From: a virus
Taxonomy: Duplodnaviria; Caudoviricetes
DNA: 37,144 nt
Direction: 5' to 3' (one strand)
Virus record (IMG/VR): IMGVR_UViG_3300044513_004503
Coordinates: 1-37,144 of that record
Below the pieces are notes generated by a model. The model saw nothing but the letters and a program-made list of their open reading frames with translations. It did no database searches and was not told the origin of the DNA. Shown piece after piece: positions 1 to 9,078 of the stretch (positions are counted from its first letter, which is position 1; each line of letters opens with the position of its first letter). The translations under genes and the position numbers were made by a program.

Positions 1-17
1 TCACCATCAACGAGTGA
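1..17 (+). CDS. 3' end of an upstream gene (...TINE*), plausibly the major capsid protein; truncated by window edge
   Basis: In-frame ACC ATC AAC GAG TGA just before the strong RBS of the next gene; product is inferred from position only. Confidence 0.3.
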
Positions 18-18
18 T

Positions 19-26
19 AAGGAGGT
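19..26 (+). promoter_or_regulatory. Strong Shine-Dalgarno AAGGAGGT
   Basis: Near-perfect anti-SD match 9 nt before ATG at 36. Confidence 0.85.
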
Positions 27-35
27 AATTAACCA

Positions 36-857
36 ATGGCAACTTACAAGTCTGAAGCTGGTGCTATTCTGCAGCCCGGCAACCAAATCAACCGCCTGTC
101 CTCCTACAACACCGAAGGTGTTTATGCGTGGCCTGGTGTTGAAGCTTATGAGCTGATCGGTTATGCCAAGATTTCTAACCTGGCTGCCGACAAAGCAAAC
201 AACAAGAGCTTCGATCTGATTGTTCCTTCCCCCGACCGTCGCGTTGACGACCGGGTCCGTGACAATCGCACTTCGCTGGTGGTGCAAGCTGACGCAACTC
301 GTCCCGCTTACATCTATTCGGCCTCCATTTCGATCGCTCAGGACATCCCCAGCACTAACGAGCCTGGTTTCCCCGCTCAGCCCATCACGGCTGACCTGGG
401 TGGCACCACTGGCGAGTTCATGCTCTTCGGTCCTGACAACAGCGGTTCGCCCTTCGGCGTCCCCTCCACCCAAGCCAACGGTCTGGCTGCTGCTACTGCA
501 ATCACTTCGGCTGCTGCTAGCAATGCCTTTGCTCAAGGCGTGGAAGACGTTTCCGTCGCCGAACTGCCTTTCTGGACCACCGTTACCACCGCTGGTATCG
601 ACGACCAGGACGCTGCGAACTCCATGTTCTTCCGCGTCACTGCCGATACCACCTTCAAGGTGTACAACGTGAACGGCGTGACCTCCACCACCGTTGACGG
701 TGATGGCGTGTTTATCTCCCAGGCTGACTCCGATGCTGGCAAAGCTGCCTACATCGTGTGCCGCGTCAACTACCTGCGTCCTGCCGCTGCTGCGAACTTC
801 GCTCAGATCCAGGGCTTCCTTGACTTCGCCTCCCAGGTGGGCGGTAGCGATAGCTGA
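36..857 (+). CDS. Abundant virion structural protein (capsid-associated/decoration-like)
   Basis: 273 aa, Ala/Gly/Thr/Ser-rich, strong RBS, highly biased codons, followed by an intrinsic terminator. Confidence 0.65.
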   Translation: MATYKSEAGAILQPGNQINRLSSYNTEGVYAWPGVEAYELIGYAKISNLAADKANNKSFDLIVPSPDRRVDDRVRDNRTSLVVQADATRPAYIYSASISIAQDIPSTNEPGFPAQPITADLGGTTGEFMLFGPDNSGSPFGVPSTQANGLAAATAITSAAASNAFAQGVEDVSVAELPFWTTVTTAGIDDQDAANSMFFRVTADTTFKVYNVNGVTSTTVDGDGVFISQADSDAGKAAYIVCRVNYLRPAAAANFAQIQGFLDFASQVGGSDS

Positions 858-885
858 TAACTCAGTTCTCGTTCTAGTTAACATC

Positions 886-910
886 GCGGGCCTTCCGGCC
901 CGCTTTTTTT
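886..910 (+). terminator. Rho-independent terminator
   Basis: Perfect stem GCGGGCC-ttcc-GGCCCGC followed by T7. Confidence 0.92.
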
Positions 911-963
911 ATGGGCAGCAAAGATTTACTTTGGTAAGCTATCGAGAGGAATATTGAACCCAC

Positions 964-1404
964 ATGCTGTACCAATATCGCCCGACGGGTGGTCTTGTTG
1001 AGATGGTTTCTAAGCATGGCGACGGCATCATTATGTGCGTCGATGCTCAGGACGAAGTTATCTACGTTGAGGAAGAAGATCTCATTCCACACCTCGAAGC
1101 GACGACAGAAAAAATTAAAACCGAAGAGCGTCTTGCTGCTGATCTGAGCGCAGACGGTGTGAAAGATCCCAAGCTGACGAAGCGTGAGACCTTCCCCGTC
1201 GACACCCGTCTGAACATCAACAACGCTTCTGCACGTCAGATCGCTGATGCTCTGCCTGGTGTGGGCCTCAAGACTGCACGTGACATCAAGGACCTGCAGA
1301 CCACCATGGCTGGCGAACGTTTCCAGCGCCTGGAGCAACTCCGTGGTGTGAAACGCGTTGACTGGGATGAGATCTTCAAGGAGAACCTAGTCCGCGTCGA
1401 CTGA
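964..1404 (+). CDS. Helix-hairpin-helix DNA-binding protein (ComEA-like C-terminal domain)
   Basis: LNINNAS..QI..ALPGVG.KTA..I...GERF..LEQL..V pattern. Confidence 0.8.
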   Translation: MLYQYRPTGGLVEMVSKHGDGIIMCVDAQDEVIYVEEEDLIPHLEATTEKIKTEERLAADLSADGVKDPKLTKRETFPVDTRLNINNASARQIADALPGVGLKTARDIKDLQTTMAGERFQRLEQLRGVKRVDWDEIFKENLVRVD

Positions 1405-1475
1405 TAATTTGCGCGTGGTATTGTGTTATTAGGCATATCGAAGTCCTGATCTGCCTTTAACGCATTTCACGAATA

Positions 1476-1955
1476 ATGCAACTCGATAGTTTCCTTAAAT
1501 CTAAGGTTCGCTGGCACCTTGGTTATAACTTAACGTCTATACCAGCAGGTGACTTAGCGCGTCTCGAGGAGGCTCTCGATAACATCCAAGATTCGTATTG
1601 GTATTCGAAGATCGTTGAGCAGGTAAATCGGTGCGACGAGGCTGAAAAACGCACCGACATGACTGGCAGCGTGAATAACGATACTGTGCCTCGTAGCCGC
1701 ATCGAAAGTATTGCGGGTGATGTCGATCGTACGATCGCAACTTCAGATTTTAAGGACACTCTTAAGACGTGGACGCAAATCTATCTCTACGAGACGGATC
1801 GCTTAGCCATGCATCTTTATGTCCCCAACTACCGAAACCCCGAGCAAGCTCGGTATCGGTTTAACCGCGAAGGCGCTGAGTTTATCCAAGCGCTTCCCGG
1901 CCCTGCTGATGTTGCCGTTGGTACTCGGCTCATGCTTGAGTCCAGCTTCCGTTAA
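1476..1955 (+). CDS. Putative head-tail connector/head completion protein
   Basis: 159 aa helical protein with KVRWHLGY start, in structural module; function inferred from position and style. Confidence 0.5.
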   Translation: MQLDSFLKSKVRWHLGYNLTSIPAGDLARLEEALDNIQDSYWYSKIVEQVNRCDEAEKRTDMTGSVNNDTVPRSRIESIAGDVDRTIATSDFKDTLKTWTQIYLYETDRLAMHLYVPNYRNPEQARYRFNREGAEFIQALPGPADVAVGTRLMLESSFR

Positions 1956-1977
1956 AGCCAGTCATTCAGCGATCGTC

Positions 1978-2637
1978 ATGTCAACCGATTTTCGCCAAGT
2001 AGCTAGGCAAAAAGCACAAAAATACGGCCTTCTGCCTGAGGTTTTTGAACGTCAGATTGAAGCTGAGTCTGGTTTCAATCCTCAGGCACGTTCTTATGCT
2101 GGTGCTCGTGGCATCGCGCAGATTATGCCAGCAACTGCACGGGGTTGGGGCGTCAATCCAGACGATCCTGTTGCCGCACTAGACGCAGCTGCTAAAAACA
2201 TGGCAGCATATACAAAGACGTTCTTAGGTGGCAAAGATCCCGGTAAAGAAACAGATCCAGCAAAACTTAGGACGGCAACTGAAAAAGCTCTTCGTGCTTA
2301 CAATGCTGGCCCTGGTGCAGTTGAAGCCAGCAAAAGGTATGCCGAGACCAATGCTTACGTCAACAAGATTATTGGTCCCGACAAGTTTAGTTTTACGGAG
2401 GCATTAGGAACCAAGCAGCCCCCTGAAGTCACGCAAGAACCTAAGAAAGTTGGTGGGCGTAAGTTTCTTATCTTCAAAGATATTCCTGCTCAGGTCGATC
2501 CTTCGCAGTTCTTGGGTGACTTCCTGCTAAAGGATACACTTCCGGCAAAGATGCCGATGATGAAACCTGTATTTGACCCTGTGAGTCTTCTTACACAGGC
2601 TGCGATGCAGACTCCGAACTATCTGGGAGATATCTGA
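1978..2637 (+). CDS. Lytic transglycosylase (SLT domain), probably virion-associated
   Basis: AESGFNPQARS, GARGIAQIMPATA and ALRAYNAGPG motifs; start taken at ATG 1978. Confidence 0.93.
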   Translation: MSTDFRQVARQKAQKYGLLPEVFERQIEAESGFNPQARSYAGARGIAQIMPATARGWGVNPDDPVAALDAAAKNMAAYTKTFLGGKDPGKETDPAKLRTATEKALRAYNAGPGAVEASKRYAETNAYVNKIIGPDKFSFTEALGTKQPPEVTQEPKKVGGRKFLIFKDIPAQVDPSQFLGDFLLKDTLPAKMPMMKPVFDPVSLLTQAAMQTPNYLGDI

Positions 2638-2639
2638 CG

Positions 2640-3290
2640 ATGGCACAACTTCCTGTCGGCTCTGTCGCTAAGACTGGCGAGGACATTTTTCCTACCACTG
2701 GCGAACATTTGGACGTTCGTGTCCTGAAAGAAGGAAAATACATTGATCCAGGCACTATTCGGTCCCTCCTAACACGTTTGAAGGTTGGGAAAGACCAGAA
2801 GTCGCTCTGGGAACAGCAAGCCGGTCAGTGGAAAGAGTCGTTTCCCATTACTTCCGGCTTTGGTAAGCGCAAAGCGCCCACCGCTGGTGCTTCTACACAG
2901 CATTTAGGCCATGATTACGGTATTGCTGGAGGAACCCCGCTCACCTGGACAGGTCCTGGGACTTATACGCCACAGAAGGGCTACGGGGTCATCAAAACGA
3001 CGGATGAGGCTGGCACGCCTTATGAAATTCGTCTCCTGCACACCAAAGGCGCCGCAAAAGGTGAAGTTCAGGCTGCTCCGGTGCAGAAAGAAGCGCCTGA
3101 ACAGCGTGTAGGAGATACTTACATCATCATGCCAACTCCTAAATCAGGACAGGCATACGATCCCTATAAATATCTTGCAAATTTTATTGGTGAGTCCGAC
3201 ATTCGGCCTCAGTTCAAGCCTCAACAGCTGTTTGATCCTGTTTCTTTGCTCACACAAGCTGCTACCCAGACTCCGAACTATTTCAAGTGA
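2640..3290 (+). CDS. M23/LytM-family peptidase, circularly permuted
   Basis: TGEHLDVRV..GKYIDP, ITSGFGKR, HLGHDYG and LLH motifs. Confidence 0.8.
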   Translation: MAQLPVGSVAKTGEDIFPTTGEHLDVRVLKEGKYIDPGTIRSLLTRLKVGKDQKSLWEQQAGQWKESFPITSGFGKRKAPTAGASTQHLGHDYGIAGGTPLTWTGPGTYTPQKGYGVIKTTDEAGTPYEIRLLHTKGAAKGEVQAAPVQKEAPEQRVGDTYIIMPTPKSGQAYDPYKYLANFIGESDIRPQFKPQQLFDPVSLLTQAATQTPNYFK

Positions 3291-3571
3291 TGAGATTCGC
3301 TTCTGTGCCCGGCTATACACAAAGTTTTCCGGTTACATATCAAAATATGTACAACGATTACACGCTGACAACAGCCGGGTTCAGTGATCCATTTAATCAG
3401 ACGCGCAGAGCTGAGAGCCATCCTTGTGATTTCGTGGTTGGCTATAACGGAAGCAACGATCCTCGTTTCCAGTTAAACAATCCGGCGTATATGCGTGAGG
3501 TTTCACGCTCGCATGCTGATAACATTCCGCCTGTTATTCTTAATAAGAGGCCGGTACAGAATCAGTTCTAA
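3287..3571 (+). CDS. Hypothetical protein
   Basis: Coupled to neighbours by overlapping stop/start codons; start may be 3290. Confidence 0.7.
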   Translation: MMRFASVPGYTQSFPVTYQNMYNDYTLTTAGFSDPFNQTRRAESHPCDFVVGYNGSNDPRFQLNNPAYMREVSRSHADNIPPVILNKRPVQNQF

Positions 3572-3801
3572 TGGCATATACAAAACCTGAAATGCGTGAG
3601 CGCTTGAAAGCGCGTATCAAAGCAGGCTCTAAAGGAGGTAAGCCTGGCCAGTGGAGCGCTAGGAAAGCTCAGATGCTGGCTAAAGCGTATAAAGAGAAGG
3701 GCGGTGGATACAAAGGTGGCAAGACCGAGAAGCAGAAAGATCTGACCCGTTGGGGTAAAGAGAAGTGGATGACTAAAGAGGAGTACGAAAAGAAGGACTG
3801 A
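3571..3801 (+). CDS. Small basic phage protein, DUF5872-like N-terminal half
   Basis: YTKP.MRERLK..GSKGGKPGQWSARKAQ..GGGY signature. Confidence 0.75.
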   Translation: MAYTKPEMRERLKARIKAGSKGGKPGQWSARKAQMLAKAYKEKGGGYKGGKTEKQKDLTRWGKEKWMTKEEYEKKD

Positions 3802-3830
3802 CTTAAACTGTATATAGCTCAGTCAGTTTC

Positions 3831-4175
3831 ATGGCCCTTACATATTTTCAGGACACTCTTTTTAGTATTAGCACCCAACTGGATGCGCCTGGTTTAGGGA
3901 CTTTGGTGGAGGTGGCGGCCAACGATGGGTTCCGCACCACTGATTACACACTCATTGCGATCGTTAGTAATATCAATACATCTGTGACTGTTCGCTTAGA
4001 CGGCAGCATCGATGGAACTAACTTCGCTCCGATCATTGCAGATCAGGTCATCAGTGCGAATGGTCCTCATGTTTTCAGTGTTGGCAATCGGCCTGTTAAG
4101 TGGGTTCGCCCTCGCTTTGTGAGTGAGGCAGGCGGTACAGCTGCCCTGGTTACTTTTAATGTGGCTGCTGCGTGA
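3831..4175 (+). CDS. Small beta-rich structural protein
   Basis: V.LDGSIDGTNF and WVRPRF motifs; upstream TAAACT box. Confidence 0.7.
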   Translation: MALTYFQDTLFSISTQLDAPGLGTLVEVAANDGFRTTDYTLIAIVSNINTSVTVRLDGSIDGTNFAPIIADQVISANGPHVFSVGNRPVKWVRPRFVSEAGGTAALVTFNVAAA

Positions 4176-4597
4176 TGAAGAATCCAAAAGTAACAATTGT
4201 TCTTAATAAAAAGGTCACTGAAGTAGGACCGTCTTGCCCGAAAGCAACAGTTGATGTCGAAGAGAACATCAAAAATCGGGATTGGACTATAAAGAATTTT
4301 GGCTACGGTCCTTTAAATCCAGATGCTCCAGATCCTGGTTTCTGGGAGAAGAAGGCCAATCTTTGGAAGACAGATCTCGAGACAGTACAGACAGCTCGTT
4401 GTGGAAACTGCGCTGCTTTTGATCAGTCTGAGAAAGTTATGAACTGCATTGTGGAGGGCATCAATGAAACTGAGTTGGCTGATCCTCGTGCCGTTGTTTG
4501 TCAAGCCAATTTAGGTTATTGCCAACTTTTCAAATTCAAGTGTGCAGGCGACAGAACCTGTGACGCTTGGCTTCACGGTGGACCGATTAGAGGCTGA
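4172..4597 (+). CDS. Cys-cluster phage protein
   Basis: RCGNCAAF...GYC...C...TCDAW metal-binding pattern. Confidence 0.75.
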   Translation: MMKNPKVTIVLNKKVTEVGPSCPKATVDVEENIKNRDWTIKNFGYGPLNPDAPDPGFWEKKANLWKTDLETVQTARCGNCAAFDQSEKVMNCIVEGINETELADPRAVVCQANLGYCQLFKFKCAGDRTCDAWLHGGPIRG

Positions 4598-4731
4598 TGA
4601 AAAAACAAACAGAAAACAAGATTACAAAGATCATCGGTGAATTAGAGAAAGCCTCTAAGACTCACAAAAGCCAGGCTGAGAGGCTTGGGACGATACTCTC
4701 TGTATTGAAGGGGGCAAATAAGAGTGGCTGA
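4597..4731 (+). CDS. Small basic helical protein, 44 aa (not in ORF track)
   Basis: MKKQTENKITKIIGELEKASKTHKSQAERLGTILSVLKGANKSG; TGATG coupling, fills the gap exactly. Confidence 0.7.
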   Translation: MKKQTENKITKIIGELEKASKTHKSQAERLGTILSVLKGANKSG

Positions 4732-4942
4732 CAAAGCAATTGAGCCCGGTAAGAAGGGCACAGAACGCTACCTTCCGGAGAAGGCTTGGGCCAAGCTTTC
4801 TCCAGAAGAGCGTGAGCGGACTGATGAAAAGAAAAAGCGGGAATCCCGTGAAGGTAAGCAGTTCGTAAAGAACACTGAACGTGCAAAGAAAGCACGACGT
4901 GCTGTATCTTTAGCCGAGAAGAGGAAGCAAAGCCGTGGTTAA
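4724..4942 (+). CDS. Small basic phage protein, DUF5872-like C-terminal half
   Basis: ERYLPEKAW.KLS.EE...T..KK....GKQFV.N pattern. Confidence 0.75.
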   Translation: MADKAIEPGKKGTERYLPEKAWAKLSPEERERTDEKKKRESREGKQFVKNTERAKKARRAVSLAEKRKQSRG

Positions 4943-5234
4943 ACCTGGAACAAGACTGGGCTATATGCTTGGGCTGAATAGAGATGTACGTCCTTACGAG
5001 CGCCCCGTACCCACCGGAGAAGAGAAATTTCAATCTCTGGTTGGCGAGCAGGGTGGTTACTCCGCCGTTGGTCGTTTACCACAGGGAGAGTCCCCCGGAA
5101 AAGGTAAGCGCAAGGCAGGAGACGGGCTAAACTTATACTTAAGGCAAGTATTTGGTGAAGGTAAGTTTGCTCTGTTGCCGCCTATGAGCGCTGGAGGGAA
5201 TCCACCACTAGATGACTTAAGCGAAACTGTTTAA
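4935..5234 (+). CDS. Hypothetical Gly/Pro-rich protein (possible internal virion protein)
   Basis: Overlapping start in operon; low complexity. Confidence 0.65.
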   Translation: MVKPGTRLGYMLGLNRDVRPYERPVPTGEEKFQSLVGEQGGYSAVGRLPQGESPGKGKRKAGDGLNLYLRQVFGEGKFALLPPMSAGGNPPLDDLSETV

Positions 5235-5236
5235 CG

Positions 5237-5728
5237 ATGGGTGCTACACGATCTACCACCGGCTCTTATTCAACAGGAATGACGGCTCCCACACGGGAAG
5301 CCACTGCTGAGAAGCAGACCCAGACTTTGACTCCCGGTGTTGGTACTGGTTATGAACAGCCCAACTACCAAGCAAGTAAGAGCTCAGTGAGCCCCTCCAG
5401 CTATCTGGAGCGCACCAGGGAGACCGCTGCTGGTACACCTTCTGACAGCAGCTATGTCGGTGAGATGCGCCGCGCAGGTTCTCAAGCTTTTGGTCAGGCC
5501 CTAGGTATTCAGATGCCTACTGAGTCCAAAGATGAAGAGGCTGGAATTAAGGCGACTAAAGTTTCCGGATCGCGGATGGCCGGTGACATCCTTGGCCAGC
5601 TTTCTGCTGGTACTGATGATGAGTTAGATCCCTCTAAGAAGGTCAACTCCTCCATTAATGATCTGCGCTACGGCCTCGGCGGTGGTGCTAATCAGCAAGC
5701 CAGCCCCTACACCTCTGCCTTCCAATAG
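5237..5728 (+). CDS. Hypothetical Ser/Thr/Gly-rich disordered protein (possible internal virion protein)
   Basis: 163 aa ORF, tight spacing, phage-like codon use. Confidence 0.7.
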   Translation: MGATRSTTGSYSTGMTAPTREATAEKQTQTLTPGVGTGYEQPNYQASKSSVSPSSYLERTRETAAGTPSDSSYVGEMRRAGSQAFGQALGIQMPTESKDEEAGIKATKVSGSRMAGDILGQLSAGTDDELDPSKKVNSSINDLRYGLGGGANQQASPYTSAFQ

Positions 5729-5739
5729 ATCTAAGAACC

Positions 5740-5934
5740 ATGGCCTCTAAGAATAAAATGCCTCCCGAGCTTCTCGCTCACTTCAAGAAGAAGCAAGAGG
5801 ACAAAGCCGGTAAGGAAGAGTCTCCTGAAGCCAAGAAAGAAGGCGACAAACAACGCCGTAAAGAGGCCGTGAAGAAAGCCCGTATCCGGATGGAAGAAAA
5901 GAACGGCAAAGATAAGGACAACAAAGAAGGATAA
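5740..5934 (+). CDS. Small highly charged Lys/Glu protein
   Basis: KMPPELLAHFKKK start; in operon. Confidence 0.75.
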   Translation: MASKNKMPPELLAHFKKKQEDKAGKEESPEAKKEGDKQRRKEAVKKARIRMEEKNGKDKDNKEG

Positions 5935-5998
5935 GTTGTCTGCATTAGAATCAGGAAATCGAGCATAACCTAAGCAGAGAAAAGGAGCGTCGAGTCCC

Positions 5999-6772
5999 TT
6001 GTCTAGTTCGTCCAGTAACAAGCAGCCCTTGCTGGTTGACCGGCCAGCGACAACCTCAACCCTGTTGACGGTTGCTTCCGGTCAGTTGTTTGCCACCAGC
6101 TTGATCCCTACAGCTGTTGGTAACGCTACTAAAGTTTTCGACGTTGATTCGGGTCTTACCGATACCTCGATCAGTGGCGCCTACATCGATGAAATCTGGT
6201 TACGTTATAGCCGCAATAACAATATTTTTATTGATGCAGCGACTGCTGGAGCTGGCACGTACGCCCAATCTGGCACCACTGATGTTGTTGTTACTCTGGC
6301 AAACCATAACCTCAAGGTTGGCCAGCAAGTTCATTTAGATTACACCAGCGGTACTGCCGTTGATGAAACTGCAACGGTCAGCGCAGTCACGGCTGGCACC
6401 TTCACTGTTACCAGTGCAGGAACATTAACCACCAGCGGCAACGTGAATGTTCACCAGCCGACTGATGTTTGTTTCTATCTGGTAAACACTGGCACCGTCA
6501 CCAACACGAACCAATTCTTCCCGCTGTTTGTGGCAAGCATCCCCAGCGTCGTTGGTGATCAGTTCTACAGCTTGACATTGAAAGAGGTGCTGCCTTTCGT
6601 CAACCATCCTGTTGTTCAGGCTGGTGCAAACTTCGGCTCCGCAAACAATGAGGTTGCCCCGAAACAGCGCGGCCTGATGCTTCAGCGTGGCCAGGCTATC
6701 TACGCTGCTGTCAGTGGCACCACGGCCCTTACAAACGGCTTCTACGTCAACGTCCAGGCTGGTTACTATTGA
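5999..6772 (+). CDS. Virion structural protein with one beta-barrel (FCCH-like) repeat
   Basis: GTYAQSG..V.VT..NHNL.VG..V.L repeat shared with next gene; TTG start. Confidence 0.75.
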   Translation: MSSSSSNKQPLLVDRPATTSTLLTVASGQLFATSLIPTAVGNATKVFDVDSGLTDTSISGAYIDEIWLRYSRNNNIFIDAATAGAGTYAQSGTTDVVVTLANHNLKVGQQVHLDYTSGTAVDETATVSAVTAGTFTVTSAGTLTTSGNVNVHQPTDVCFYLVNTGTVTNTNQFFPLFVASIPSVVGDQFYSLTLKEVLPFVNHPVVQAGANFGSANNEVAPKQRGLMLQRGQAIYAAVSGTTALTNGFYVNVQAGYY

Positions 6773-6780
6773 TCTAAGCC

Positions 6781-9078
6781 ATGCCGCGAAACAAATCATT
6801 TTTTGGCGGCAGCTTTGATAAGAATCTGGTTGGCGGGTTCAGCGCTGCTATCGAGAAGCAGTCTCGTACGTTTCAAGATAGAGGTCAAAACCCGTTTGAC
6901 TTTACGCCGTCGAATTCTGAACTTAGTAGCGATATTCGTTACTACAACCAAGAATCTTTATGGGCTCGTTGGCGACGTGGCTACGAGCTCTACTGTTTAA
7001 CGCAAACTTTATTTGGTTCCCAGTCCACAGGACGTAACAGCCGTGGAGACTTTCGGATGTACTGCGCATTCCAGCAGTTCCCGAACGTCTTCATTCCGGC
7101 TCGGATGTTCATGTTCCCCAGCAGTCGAACAGAGATCGGGGAGCAGATGGTCGGTGTTCGTGATACCAATAGCTTCAGCTTCTACAATTTCGGCCTTCCG
7201 ATCGATTCCGTACGCTATTTAACTATTGCTCAGAACGCCACGTACTCTCAAGCTGGTACAGCACTGACGATTACGTGCTCTGATCACGGTTATGCAACGG
7301 GTGACAACGTCTACATCAAGATAATTACTGGCGCGGGCGCTTCAGAGACGCTCCCAATCACTGTTACTGGCCAAAATACGTTCACTGCAACTGCTGCTGC
7401 GTCGCTAACTACGACTGGTACAGCAAAAATTCAAAAAATTACGACCTTTGCTGACCCGTTTTGGACGGAACAGCGTGTTCGGATCCGTTTTATCCCGACG
7501 CCAGTCAACTTCTTTGCTGGTGAACGTCTAGCTGACCGGATTTTAGAGCGAGATCCGGGGATTTTCTCTGTTTATTCTCGTGGAGCGACGACCACGGTGA
7601 CCGTAACGTGTACTTCGGCCCATGGTTTGTCGACAGGTAACGAAGTTTTCTTAGCAGTGACCTCTGGTGCCGGTCAGAGCGGTCTGTTTGAGGTCACTGT
7701 TCTGAATGCGACTCAGTTCACGGTTGAAAATTACGCCACAGGATCGACTTCTGGCAACCTGATTGTCAATAGACGGCTGCGTGGTTACAACTACGAGGAT
7801 TATGTCGGCTATACGGTCACAGGAACTGACCCTGATACCAACGAAATCCTCTTCCAGCGGGCAGACAGCTATGGCGCATCGACTTCCAACGGGATTACAA
7901 GCACTGTCGTGCCTGCTCACCGTGGTTTTACCACCGGACGGTTCCTGACAACTGAGATTCGTTACCAGTGCACGTGCGCCGACTTCATGCGCAGAGAGAA
8001 TCTGGACGTTACGTCTGAAGCACAGAAGCGGCGGTTCCCTTCGACGCCTCTTACGTCGTTAACAGGTGGCACTAGGATCGATCGTGACGGTAATACTGTC
8101 AATGCGACTGACGATGTTGGTGTTTTCTCCAGCATGAAGTTCGTTAACATCAATAACTTCTACCAAATCCCTGAATACCAAGACACAGCCGAATATTCTT
8201 ACAACAATCTGAAATATTATCAAATTCGGTGGTGTAAACATATCTATGCCGCGATGTTTTCGATTGTTCACGACGAAGGGAACGATCCGATCAACATCAC
8301 GTCTACCTACACCCAGTCAGGCGGTCCAAATATTACTGTTACGGCTCCGAATCACGGGTTAGCTGCTAATACTCGTATTGAACTTGAAATTACCAGCGGA
8401 AACGTTACCAGTGGAGAGTTCACGATCACTCAAATCGTTAACGAGAACCAATTTTTAGTTGTAGCTCCTATTTCACTGACCACGTCAGGGTATTGCGTGG
8501 TGCGGAACTTGAGAAATCACGAATATGTTCGTACCTGGCTGTATGAGCCAAACGATCAGCCAGTTGGTGAGGCTTTAACCAAGTTCTACGAGCGTTTTCA
8601 TAAAGAATTTGACCGGACTCGTGAGCAATTAGATCGCATGAAGATGATGGGATATGGAATGCCCTGGACTGGCGCCTTGTCGATTACCGGTGACAGAAAC
8701 CAGCCTGTTCAGGTTGGAAACTTCACTCCTCAGCTGCTGACGATGATGGCAACTGACTCCATTCGTCGCGATTCGGAGGGGAATCTTAACCGAGAAGGTA
8801 TAACTCAGAACAGCACAACAACGACATTATTTATGATGCAGAAGCTGCTTAATATCCCGGTTAATTTGCTGAGTGATGCCAAGTTTGGCATGCTCGATCA
8901 ACCGCTTACGGATTATACGGCTGACTTCCAATTTGCTGAGATTGACTGCGAAACCTATAGGAATGGTGTACCAGTACGGACCACGATTGAGGCTCTGGAT
9001 TGTGGTACTTATGTGAATGGAGGCCGAACCACAGCTCCATTTGCTAATATTGATTGTGGTGTTTACATTAATAACTAA
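6781..9078 (+). CDS. Large virion structural protein with three FCCH-like repeats and a SWIM-type zinc finger
   Basis: Three Y.(Q/R).G...T.T...HG...G repeats; YQCTC...WCKHIYA; C-terminal (I/L)DC(G/E) repeats. Confidence 0.75.
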   Translation: MPRNKSFFGGSFDKNLVGGFSAAIEKQSRTFQDRGQNPFDFTPSNSELSSDIRYYNQESLWARWRRGYELYCLTQTLFGSQSTGRNSRGDFRMYCAFQQFPNVFIPARMFMFPSSRTEIGEQMVGVRDTNSFSFYNFGLPIDSVRYLTIAQNATYSQAGTALTITCSDHGYATGDNVYIKIITGAGASETLPITVTGQNTFTATAAASLTTTGTAKIQKITTFADPFWTEQRVRIRFIPTPVNFFAGERLADRILERDPGIFSVYSRGATTTVTVTCTSAHGLSTGNEVFLAVTSGAGQSGLFEVTVLNATQFTVENYATGSTSGNLIVNRRLRGYNYEDYVGYTVTGTDPDTNEILFQRADSYGASTSNGITSTVVPAHRGFTTGRFLTTEIRYQCTCADFMRRENLDVTSEAQKRRFPSTPLTSLTGGTRIDRDGNTVNATDDVGVFSSMKFVNINNFYQIPEYQDTAEYSYNNLKYYQIRWCKHIYAAMFSIVHDEGNDPINITSTYTQSGGPNITVTAPNHGLAANTRIELEITSGNVTSGEFTITQIVNENQFLVVAPISLTTSGYCVVRNLRNHEYVRTWLYEPNDQPVGEALTKFYERFHKEFDRTREQLDRMKMMGYGMPWTGALSITGDRNQPVQVGNFTPQLLTMMATDSIRRDSEGNLNREGITQNSTTTTLFMMQKLLNIPVNLLSDAKFGMLDQPLTDYTADFQFAEIDCETYRNGVPVRTTIEALDCGTYVNGGRTTAPFANIDCGVYINN

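Noticed and set aside
220-1338. Alternative-frame and antisense ORFs over the first two genes (and similar ones at 10398-12154, 14532-15678, 33013-33504)
   Set aside because: Shadow ORFs expected from strong codon bias; no motifs or initiation signals
964-1404. Photosystem II PsbU auxiliary gene
   Set aside because: Shares only the HhH-like pattern; no signal peptide; sits in head module, so generic HhH protein is more likely
1819-1977. N-terminal extension with apparent signal peptide on the transglycosylase
   Set aside because: Overlaps the upstream gene by 137 nt; ATG 1978 gives a clean domain start
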